From contig OZ223209.1 in the NCBI GenBank assembly GCA_965140415.1, positions 896,001 through 960,000 of the forward strand: a DNA stretch of 64,000 nt. Direction: 5' to 3'. This DNA is from Myxococcota bacterium. GTDB taxonomy: Bacteria; Myxococcota_A; SURF-8. Under the pieces are notes generated by a model. It searched no databases and had not been told where the DNA came from. It was given only the letters and a program-made list of their open reading frames with translations. The translations under genes and the position numbers were made by a program. Of this stretch, positions 1 through 8,900 are shown piece by piece (positions within the stretch are counted from its first letter, which is position 1; every line of letters begins with the position of its first letter).

Positions 1-2
1 TT

Positions 3-851
3 TCCTTCGTGTTTACACCGAAACGAAATCTGCCGCGCGTTCTTGCGGACCCTGGACAGATCGAACAGGTCGTAATCAACCTTTGTGTCAATGCACGCGA
101 CGCCATGCCGGATGGCGGAGTCCTGACGATCGAGACCGCGAATGTGGAGCTGAATGAAAGCTATTGCGAACACCATCAATATGTTTCGCCCGGAAGCTAT
201 GTCATGTTGATTGTCAGCGACACCGGAATCGGAATGGATGAAACAACGAAGCAACGAATATTCGAACCGTTTTTCACCACCAAGCCTAAAGATCGAGGAA
301 CCGGCCTGGGACTGGCTACGATTTACGGTATTGTGAAGCAGCATGAAGGTCATGTTGAAGTTTATTCAGAACCTGGTGAAGGAACCTGTTTTAGAGTCTA
401 TCTACCTCAGACGGAGAAGTTGGAAGAAACGCCCGCGCAGAAACTTTCTGCCGAACTTCCGGGTGGGACGGAAAGCATTTTGCTGGTAGAGGATGAGACT
501 GTCGTGCGTTCGATTGCAGCAAAGATGTTGAAGCGCTTGGGATATACCGTATTGGAGGCGGCATCGGGTGCGGAGGCCAGAATCATTTCGGACGAACTCA
601 CTCAAAAAATCGATTTACTGATGACCGATGTGGTGATGCCGGGAGAAAATGGACACGAACTCGCCCTGTATATCTTGCAGACGCGTCCAAGGGTAAAGGT
701 GCTGTATACCTCGGGTTATACGGAAGACACCATTGCGCACCACGGTGTGTTGGATAAGGGGCTTCAGTTTCTTGGCAAGCCGTTCACTCCTAAACTGCTC
801 GCCAAAAAGATCAGAGAAGTTCTGGATAACGGATCATCGTTGGATACCTGA
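3..851 (+). CDS. Hybrid sensor histidine kinase/response regulator, C-terminal part (HATPase_c + REC); 5'-truncated by the window edge
   Basis: N box (INLCVNARDAM), G1 (VSDTGIGM), F (FEPFFTTK) and G2 (GTGLGL) boxes, then a receiver domain (LLVEDE...TDVVMP...KPF). The frame is open from the window start and the H-box is absent. Confidence 0.92.
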   Translation, partial: SFVFTPKRNLPRVLADPGQIEQVVINLCVNARDAMPDGGVLTIETANVELNESYCEHHQYVSPGSYVMLIVSDTGIGMDETTKQRIFEPFFTTKPKDRGTGLGLATIYGIVKQHEGHVEVYSEPGEGTCFRVYLPQTEKLEETPAQKLSAELPGGTESILLVEDETVVRSIAAKMLKRLGYTVLEAASGAEARIISDELTQKIDLLMTDVVMPGENGHELALYILQTRPRVKVLYTSGYTEDTIAHHGVLDKGLQFLGKPFTPKLLAKKIREVLDNGSSLDT

Positions 852-958
852 ATGAATTCCTTGTGTTCGCCTTGACCCTGTCCCTAAATGGTTTCTCTTT
901 GTATGTGGGAATTGCCATGCTACACTATGTAAAATCTCAAGTTTATCGAGGGTGAGGC

Positions 959-2071
959 ATGGCAAGTCGGGAGCACATCGCACGTGCAGCAAAGGTTTTG
1001 GTCGAGCTGAGCGGACAGCTTCATGACTTGCGCGACTTTCACGAGTTTCCGGCGTTATTGCACCAATTTCTTAAAAAGCATATGCCGGTGGACTGGTTGT
1101 TCGTTGGGATTCCCAATCCTCGCAAAGACTGCCCTGCTGGATACGACTTTCTCGGTCATAATATCGATTTGACCAGTCCCTGGTGGGAGGAATACCCCAA
1201 GATCTGTCAGTATGATTATCTGCTGAAACAGATCTTGATTGTCCCGGAGCGCCATCTCGTTTACGATCGATTCATTCACGATTCTCGTAATGAAGAGCAC
1301 GAATTCATCAAGAGTCAGGCGAACCGCTATACCGACACCCAGTATTGCCTTGCCGCTTCACTACATAAAGCGCCAGGAGCTTTGATTTCTCTGAGTTTGC
1401 ATCGCACGGATAAAAAGCATCCCTTTTCCGAACAGGACCGTGAATTTCTCTCTGCCTTGTTGCCGTTGATGTCGATCGAAACCAAGAATTGGTTACTGTA
1501 CGCACAAAACAACCTGGTTAAGCAGTCCATCGAAGAACTACTGCACCAGCATCATGATGAAGCCATTATTCTCAACCACAATTTGAATGTTGTATATCAT
1601 GATGAGATATTCTTGTCGAAGCTGCAACCAGGTAAAGGCAAGCACAACACAGGCGACATGCCGATTTCGATTCTGCGCTGGATTCATGAAGAGATCGCCC
1701 CGCAGGAGCATTTACCTGCTTTGGGTGGCCCTTGGTATTTGAAACGCAGTTTAGCAAACCCCACCATCGAACTGGTTGCCCATCTGATAGGCAGCCGAGA
1801 TGGCGCTAAGCGCTACTTGCTTGTTACAAAGAATTCGGACCAGCGGGAATCGGATTTTAGTTCGCTTGCACGTATCGGGCTTACCGAGCGAGAGATTGAA
1901 ACACTGACCTATCTTCCTTTTGGATACACAAACTCACAAATCGCCGGAGCAATGAATCTTCGTGAGATCACGATAAAGAAGCATTTTCGTCATATTGGTA
2001 GGAAGCTGAAAGCGAAACGGAAAACGGAAATTCTTTCTAACGCATTGTTGCAAGTGCAGGAGTTGAAGTAG
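959..2071 (+). CDS. LuxR-family HTH transcriptional regulator with an N-terminal GAF-like/sensor region
   Basis: C-terminal LTEREIETLTYLPFGYTNSQIAGAMNLREITIKKHFRHIGRKL matches the LuxR HTH pattern. Purine-rich GAGGGTGAGG lies just upstream of the ATG. Confidence 0.85.
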   Translation: MASREHIARAAKVLVELSGQLHDLRDFHEFPALLHQFLKKHMPVDWLFVGIPNPRKDCPAGYDFLGHNIDLTSPWWEEYPKICQYDYLLKQILIVPERHLVYDRFIHDSRNEEHEFIKSQANRYTDTQYCLAASLHKAPGALISLSLHRTDKKHPFSEQDREFLSALLPLMSIETKNWLLYAQNNLVKQSIEELLHQHHDEAIILNHNLNVVYHDEIFLSKLQPGKGKHNTGDMPISILRWIHEEIAPQEHLPALGGPWYLKRSLANPTIELVAHLIGSRDGAKRYLLVTKNSDQRESDFSSLARIGLTEREIETLTYLPFGYTNSQIAGAMNLREITIKKHFRHIGRKLKAKRKTEILSNALLQVQELK

Positions 2072-2487
2072 AGCTGTTACGAGATTCCGATTGGATTCAC
2101 TTCGGCTAGCCGGAAATGTCTCCGCCGCCTACTGATCGGTCGTTTGCATCTTGTATGTAGACTCTGCCCATATGGGAACCGGTTACACCTATCATCGCTG
2201 TTTACCCCAATGCTAATGATTTAAATAAGGGTTCAGTCGAAAGGCACCCTGTCCAAAAAATCACGTTCAGAATCTTACAGGACGTAAAAATTTCTAGGTA
2301 GTACCCAAAAGGATAACTTACTCGCTGAAAAATATTGATAAAAACCAGTAAATACGGGTAGATAGGAGCGTGACAGATTAGGTCGTGTTTGTGGTGTGAA
2401 GTTTGGGGTGGTTAAGTTCTTGGGTCGGATGCTACGCTGCCAATGCCAGTTAAAATTATTTTCACATTGGGTTACGAGCAACCTGGT

Positions 2488-2557
2488 GTCATCCTGAGCG
2501 TTAGCGAAGGATCTATCTGAAATAATAAGAGATTCTTTGGCTGCGCCTCAGAATGAC
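2488..2557. repeat. CGTC/TGTC-type REP-like palindromic doublet
   Basis: GTCATCCTGAGCGTTAGCGAAGGATCT ... AGATTCTTTGGCTGCGCCTCAGAATGAC. The two halves are imperfect inverted repeats, located between convergent genes. Confidence 0.75.
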
Positions 2558-2607
2558 GAGTCGCATTCGGTAAAAATGATTATGAGCCGAACGATGATCC
2601 TGAAATG

Positions 2608-2634
2608 AAAAAGACCGCGATTGCTCGCGGCCTT
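2608..2634 (-). terminator. Intrinsic terminator of the minus-strand lipoprotein/FadL unit
   Basis: Minus strand reads AAGGCCGCGA-GCAA-TCGCGGTCTTTTT, about 35 nt after the stop at 2669. Confidence 0.75.
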
Positions 2635-2668
2635 AACTGTCCAAATGGACGATTATCGTTTTAGAATG

Positions 2669-4114
2669 CTATTTCTCAGAAGTTACCGGCGGGGTCCATT
2701 CCGGGTCCATGCCGATGGAGAAATTAAGCCAGCTGCCATCCTTTTCCTTTTCCGCCAGGACATCCTCGCAGGTGGCATCTTCTGTCATACGCAACATGCG
2801 GAAATAACTACGTTCCTCTTCAGGATAGGGCACCGTCTCAATTTCATACACAAGCTGCGGGTTACTGGCGCTCACCTGATACTGCTCGTTCGTATGATTG
2901 TTGATGGCCCAAATGCGATCTTCATCGACAACTTCGGCCTCGATCACCGACGACCAGATCTGAGCCGAGTAGACTTCACCGTTCAAGGCGCCAGTCATGC
3001 GCGTCGTCATGGCTACCAGTCCATCTTTGTCCTGATCGAAGAACAGGGCATCGATGCAGGCCTGATCGCCTTCGCAATTGTTATATTCTTTCATACCTGG
3101 AAGCACGCCTTCTTTGGTAGGATCGTCGATCCACGCGCCACGCACTTCCCAGAAGCGATCGCTTTCAAACGTTGCACCCGCTTCCAGTTTGGGCATCGAA
3201 TCCGTATGCTGTACGATCGTCGCCACGTTTTTGTAATACGGTTCGGGGATCACCATGTAGGCGACATCCGTATCGAACACCTTGTCATCCTTGAAATTCT
3301 TGATGACCAATGTGCACAGCTTGTGCTTCAACGTGACGCCTTCGTCCTCTTGTGAGACCCTGGTCAGCATGTAGTGAATCGAAACCGTGTCCTGATACGG
3401 CACCAGTGGCAAGCCTTTGGTACGCACCGCCGTAGTCATGACCGTACCCCACACGCCGGTATATGCCGCCGCGTTTTTGCTGTCGTCTACCGTACCCAGA
3501 TCCAGACCGGTGTCTACGCAGAGATTGTCTTCCCCGCAGGTATACTGCCAACCGTATCCGGCACACTCACGATCGCCACAGCCGCTCATCCAATGATGCG
3601 AGGAACAGACATCGTCGGTCATGTAGTTGCAACTCCAGTCGGTGGCGATGATCGCCGGGCAACCCATTATGGCATCTTCAGGCAGGCTTTCAGGTAGCTG
3701 GCACATGCAGTTGGCGCAGATCTTGCCACCTTCGCCGTCACCGTCTACACCGTCGTTGAACAACCAGCAGTCGTCATCAACACGGCACTGCGCCATGCAG
3801 TGACCTTCCTCGTTGCAATATCCGAAAGGTGTACAATCATCGTTTTCGGCGCAGGCGCGGTAATGCTTGTTGCTGATGCAGATTCCTTCGTCGTTGCAAT
3901 AACCAAAGGCATCACAATCGGCATTGCTGGTGCAGTCGCACTGGCCCTGATCGTTGCAGCTTCCACTGCCGTTATCCGAACAATCGGCATTTTCCGCGCA
4001 GGTTTGCGGCAGGTTGGCCAATTCCAGCAATTCTCCATCGGTTTTCGAACAACCAAAAAGACTGATTCCGGCCACCACGATTATGGCGACACAGAGAATA
4101 GACGTAACTTTCAT
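2669..4114 (-). CDS. Cys-rich lipoprotein with N-terminal short disulfide repeats and an uncharacterised C-terminal domain
   Basis: Signal peptide with lipobox LFGC. Repeated C-x4-C...GYCNxEGxC units. RBS GGAGG. Confidence 0.8.
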   Translation of the reverse strand: MKVTSILCVAIIVVAGISLFGCSKTDGELLELANLPQTCAENADCSDNGSGSCNDQGQCDCTSNADCDAFGYCNDEGICISNKHYRACAENDDCTPFGYCNEEGHCMAQCRVDDDCWLFNDGVDGDGEGGKICANCMCQLPESLPEDAIMGCPAIIATDWSCNYMTDDVCSSHHWMSGCGDRECAGYGWQYTCGEDNLCVDTGLDLGTVDDSKNAAAYTGVWGTVMTTAVRTKGLPLVPYQDTVSIHYMLTRVSQEDEGVTLKHKLCTLVIKNFKDDKVFDTDVAYMVIPEPYYKNVATIVQHTDSMPKLEAGATFESDRFWEVRGAWIDDPTKEGVLPGMKEYNNCEGDQACIDALFFDQDKDGLVAMTTRMTGALNGEVYSAQIWSSVIEAEVVDEDRIWAINNHTNEQYQVSASNPQLVYEIETVPYPEEERSYFRMLRMTEDATCEDVLAEKEKDGSWLNFSIGMDPEWTPPVTSEK

Positions 4115-4129
4115 GATATCCTCCTGCCC

Positions 4130-5671
4130 TTAAAACTTATAGCCGATGGAAAGCGACGCCACGAGCATCCAGCCCTTCTGCGTAAATCCAGGATATCCGG
4201 GATTGTTCGTTTGCAGACCCTGGGTGGAACCAAAGGGATCATCCGTCTGACCCAGCAGGTGCAGCGAATCGTCCGGTACTTCGTCTTTGAGGGCGTCCGG
4301 ATCTTTGTAGGTGGTCCGTTCGTTAAGCATCCAGAATTGGAATCCCAGCTCGGCATAAAAATTCTTGCCCATCACGGGGAAGTCGAAACGATGTCCCAGC
4401 GCGACACACCAGGTGTCGTTGTCGACGTAGTTCGTACGTCCGATCTGTGCGGGAACCGGTGTCGGATAAAAACCGAATCCGGTTTTGACGGTATAGTAAT
4501 CCAGGTATTTGTAGCTGAGACCCAGGTTGAACGAAATCGTGTCGGAGAATTTAAACGCATCGCCATCAATGGACGGGATATTGTCTTCGTAGGTGGCGCT
4601 GTCTTGCGGATGAATGTTTTGCAGATCGCGATAGCGCGACCAGCGATTCCAGGTCACGTTACCCTGGACGTTCAAACCCTTGTAGTTGAATCCCACACCA
4701 CCGGCAACTTCCATCGGCTCAAAATCGAGGGCATATTTGAAATCCACCGCGATCTGTTCCGGCATGGTTTTGGAGTCCGGAGTGGTGTCGTTTTTCCACA
4801 GTGTCATGTTGCCCTTGCCGTCGATGGCCATATACGACTCGTTACGCCATACCAGGCTCAACGCCATGAAGTCGGTCGGCTCGATCGACACAGAAGCAAT
4901 GGGACGTACGGTGCCGGTCATTTTGGTATCGACATTTACCAGCATGTAATCCTGCACGGTCGCTTCCGGGATGTAAATGTCCATCACCGCCACGGTAGCC
5001 GCTGATACTTGCAAAGCCATACCCAGCGAGATGTATTTCACCGGCATGTAAGACAGCGCCAGCATACCATTGATGATGGGTGACCATTCACCGAAGCGCG
5101 AGAAATGCAGTTGGTTGGTGAAGAACTGCTCGCGCTCATCGAAGTAATAGGTGTTGATGGAAATGGCGTTACGCAGCGGCAACATGGCCAATAATCCCAG
5201 GCGAAAGCCCTTAAGACCGAACGAATACGTAAATCCGGCGCTCAAGAAGGTTTCGACATCACTTACGCTGGTGTTGCTGCGTTGATTGGGTAGCTCCACC
5301 GTCGGCAACGGGCGGTCGGGATTGTTCGGGTATTTCTGCACGTCCGTATCGTAGTAGGTGTAGGGAACGTCTGCCGCGGCGGGACGATCCATCAGGGTGA
5401 TATCCAGTTCCGGTTTGTACAAGATCAATCCGGCACCGATTTGTTCTTCCATTCTCGAAAGCAGCGCCGGGTTTGTAAACATTACGCCCAGCCCATCGCC
5501 ATAGGTCATTTGGCTGTTGCCGCTTCCGATTGCGCCGGCATCGTATCCGATCATGCGCCAGGGAGATGCCAAGGCTACAGAGGGCAGCAGCAAGCAGACG
5601 AGAAACAATCCTGTCATCCACGGCACGAAAGGCCGTTTACACCAATACTTCATGCACGGATTCATCAGCAT
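4130..5671 (-). CDS. FadL/OmpP1-like outer-membrane beta-barrel transporter
   Basis: Signal peptide (ALA-S), hatch motif NPA (FTNPALLS), alternating beta-strands and C-terminal IGYKF. The start codon is uncertain. Confidence 0.75.
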   Translation of the reverse strand: MLMNPCMKYWCKRPFVPWMTGLFLVCLLLPSVALASPWRMIGYDAGAIGSGNSQMTYGDGLGVMFTNPALLSRMEEQIGAGLILYKPELDITLMDRPAAADVPYTYYDTDVQKYPNNPDRPLPTVELPNQRSNTSVSDVETFLSAGFTYSFGLKGFRLGLLAMLPLRNAISINTYYFDEREQFFTNQLHFSRFGEWSPIINGMLALSYMPVKYISLGMALQVSAATVAVMDIYIPEATVQDYMLVNVDTKMTGTVRPIASVSIEPTDFMALSLVWRNESYMAIDGKGNMTLWKNDTTPDSKTMPEQIAVDFKYALDFEPMEVAGGVGFNYKGLNVQGNVTWNRWSRYRDLQNIHPQDSATYEDNIPSIDGDAFKFSDTISFNLGLSYKYLDYYTVKTGFGFYPTPVPAQIGRTNYVDNDTWCVALGHRFDFPVMGKNFYAELGFQFWMLNERTTYKDPDALKDEVPDDSLHLLGQTDDPFGSTQGLQTNNPGYPGFTQKGWMLVASLSIGYKF

Positions 5672-5864
5672 ACCTGTCTGGAAATGGGCTGCATATACAG
5701 CCGGTTAACAATCGCTTTGAAAACGAGTTCACTTTTTGCGGTGCAGATTTTGATCACTAACACTAACGGGGGTCATCATAGAAAATGGAGCAATACTTGG
5801 CAAGGAATTTAATCGAATTCTGACATTCAAAGGACCAAGCTAAAAAGCTGTAGATCTAAAGAGT

Positions 5865-5906
5865 TCCCGACCTCTTCCTTCCAATAACTGAAGAAAGAGG
5901 TCGGGA
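5865..5906 (-). terminator. Strong hairpin just after the giant lipoprotein gene (terminator or mRNA stabiliser)
   Basis: TCCCGACCTCTTCCTTC / GAAGAAAGAGGTCGGGA, a 16/17 inverted repeat 17 nt after the stop. The U-tract is weak. Confidence 0.55.
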
Positions 5907-5922
5907 TTCCCTTACAAAAGAC

Positions 5923-8900
5923 CTAATAGGTCCGTACGTTGCTCTTATAACCGGTGCAGCCGGTCTGCCCGCTCGTGGCCTGAGAGCCATCGCCGCCGGT
6001 GCGACCACCCGCGCCGCCAGCACCACCGCTTCCGCCGCTGCCACCGGAATAGCTTACATTGATGGTTGCGATAGACGAACTGCTTACCAGCGCCGTGCCG
6101 ATGGATGGACCGCCGCAGCCGCCAGCCGAGCCACCTGCGCCACCGCCGTCACCGCCCGAATTGCCGCCGCCGCCGGTACCGGCTTCGTCACCGCTGGGAT
6201 TGTATCCCGCGCCGCCGCCTTTGCCGACACCGCCGTTTCCACCGGCGCCACCCGACCCGCCGTTACCGCCGTCACCGAGTTCGATATCCGTGTTGGTCAC
6301 TCGAATCGTGGAACCGATCAGCACGATGCCGAAGGAGCCGCCGCCCTGACCGCCACCGGTGCCGGGTAAGCCGCCGCAGCCGCCCGCGCCGCCGCCGCCG
6401 CCGCCGCCGCCGATCTGCGTACCCGACCAGAAGACGCAATACCAGGGGTCGATGTCGGTTCCACCGCCACCGCCGCCACCGCCACCGGTACCGTTTTTAC
6501 CTCGGTAGCCTGAGCTACTAGTGGCACCATACCAGTAACCGCTGGAGAAATAGCCGTCTGAGTCGCTGGAGGTGCTGCCTCGCGATCCGGTTGCTCCGGC
6601 ATATCCGGCTCCGCCGCCACCGCCGTTACCGCCGGTATCGTCACAACCGCTGCATTTGTTTGAACCGGCGGAACCGCCGCCGCCACCGCTGGCGGTATCC
6701 GTTCCTGCCGAGCCTGTTCCTCCACCGCCGCTGCCGCAATCCCAGGAGCCGCCACCGGTGCCTCCATTGGCGCTACCGTAAGGGCTACAATTGACGGTGC
6801 CTCGCGATCCGCCGGAGCCGCCGGAGCCATTACCACCGTTGCTACCGGTGGCTCCGGTAGAACCGCTGGATCCATCGACGCCGCGACCACCGTTTCCGGC
6901 TTGAATCAAGCAGTTATCCACCAACAGGCGCTCCGACAAGGTGTTGTTAACCCACAAAGCGTAGGTGGCTGTACCGCTGCTGGAGTAATTCTTGCCGCGA
7001 ATGGTCAAGCCCTGCAACTTGGTGTCGCTGCTCAAGCCGTTGGCGATGACCGCTCGTGTTGTGCTTCCTACAATTACTGTTTGAATGGACAGATTGCGCG
7101 CCCAGGTGCTGGGATCGTAACCGCCGAACAAGTCTACTCCTGCAACCAGCGTAACGCTGGCGGTATAGGTGCCGCTGCTGATCAGCACATCGCATTTGGG
7201 TGAGCAGCTATTGGCCAGCGTGATGGCATGGGCGATGGTTGCGACCGGATCGCCGAATGCACCACTGTTGGAGTCGCTGCCGCCATTGGCCGGAGTCGCC
7301 ACAAAGATGGATGTCGCCTTGACGCCATCGACGCCGTCACAGTTGGAATCGATGCCGGAGGAATCCGGGGCATCGGTGGATTGCGGTGTCTGCTGTCCGA
7401 CACAGCTTCCATAGCTTCCACCGGAGCAGGTTTTCATGCCGCCGTGACAAATACCTACATCCTCGGTGCCCGACGGACCGGTGTAGCAGTCGGCGGTAAG
7501 GGGATTGCCTGCATCGTCTTCATCGGTGTAACCGTCGCAGTCGTCATCCGAACCGTTGCAGGTCTCGGTTGTGCTGCCGGTGGAGTCGGTACAGACCTGA
7601 TGACTGGACTGGCACAGGTTCACACCTTCCATGCACAAGTCGCTGTCCGGGCCGTCGCAGGCGGTGTTGTACCAGGATTCATCCGAACCGTCCGGGGTGG
7701 CACCGTTGCAGTCGTCGTTGACGCCGTTGCATAGTTCCAGGTTATTGCCGGTCGTGTCGGTACAGGTTTGATTGCCGCCGGAGCAGACGGAAATTCCCTC
7801 CGTGCACAAGTCGCTGTCGGGACCGTCGCAGCTGTTTCCAAGCCAGGATTCATCTGCACCGTCGGCGCTGCTGGGATCGCAGTCATCGTCGATGCCGTTA
7901 CAGATTTCCACGTTATTCCCACTGGTGTCCGAACAGAGTTTGCTGCCGGAGGAACAATAGAAATTGCCTTCCGCACAGAAATCGGAATCCGTACCGTCGC
8001 AGGCATCGCCCAGCCAGGATTCATCCGCGCCGTCTGCGGTGGCGGGGTTACAGTCGTCATCGTTGCCATTGCACAATTCGAGATCGTTGCCGCTGGTGTC
8101 GCTGCAACTCTGGTTACCGTTGGTGCACGAGTAGGTTCCTTCCTTGCACAGATCGCTGTCTGCGCCGTCGCAGGGATCGCCCAACCAGCTGGCATCCGTG
8201 CCGTCGGCGGTGGCGGGATTGCAGTCGTCGTCCACCCCGTTACAGATTTCCGCATTGTTGCCGCTGGTATCGCTGCAACTCTGAGATCCACCGCTACAGG
8301 TATACACGCCTTCGTGGCACAGATCCGTGTCGGAACCGTCGCAGGTATCACCCAGCCAACTGGCATCCGCACCGTCTGCGGTGGCGGGGTTGCAGTCGTC
8401 GTCTGCGCCATTGCACAGATCCAACGTGTTGCCGGTCGCGTCGTTACAGGTTTTGCTGCCACCATCGCAGATGAACGAGCCCTCCTGGCACAGGTCCGTG
8501 TCGGGACCGTCGCAGGGATCGCCCAGCCAGGTGGCGTCGGTACCGTCTGCGGTGGCAGGGTTACAGTCATCGTCTACGCCGTTGCACAGATCCAGCGAAT
8601 CGCCAGTGTTGTCGCCACAGGTTTTGCTTCCACCGCTACAGATGAAGCCGCCTTCCTGGCACAAGTCGCTGTCGGGACCGTCGCAGGGATCACCCAGCCA
8701 ACTGGCATCCGCGCCATCGGCGGTAGCCGGGTTGCAGTCGTCGTCCGAACCGTTGCACAGATCCAGCGTGTCGCCGGTCGTGTCGTTACAGGTCTGGCTG
8801 CCATTGTTACAGATGTAGCTTCCTTCCTTGCACAGATCGCTGTCCGCGCCGTCGCAAGCCGTGCCCAGCCAACTGGCATCCGCACCATCCGGGGTGGCGG

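Noticed and set aside
2228-2250. GAAA-tetraloop hairpin as a c-di-GMP riboswitch
   Set aside because: It lacks the other conserved GEMM elements and lies between convergent genes, not in a leader.
2621-5005. Plus-strand ORFs 2621-3355 and 3800-5005
   Set aside because: They are antisense to well-supported lipoprotein and FadL-like genes.
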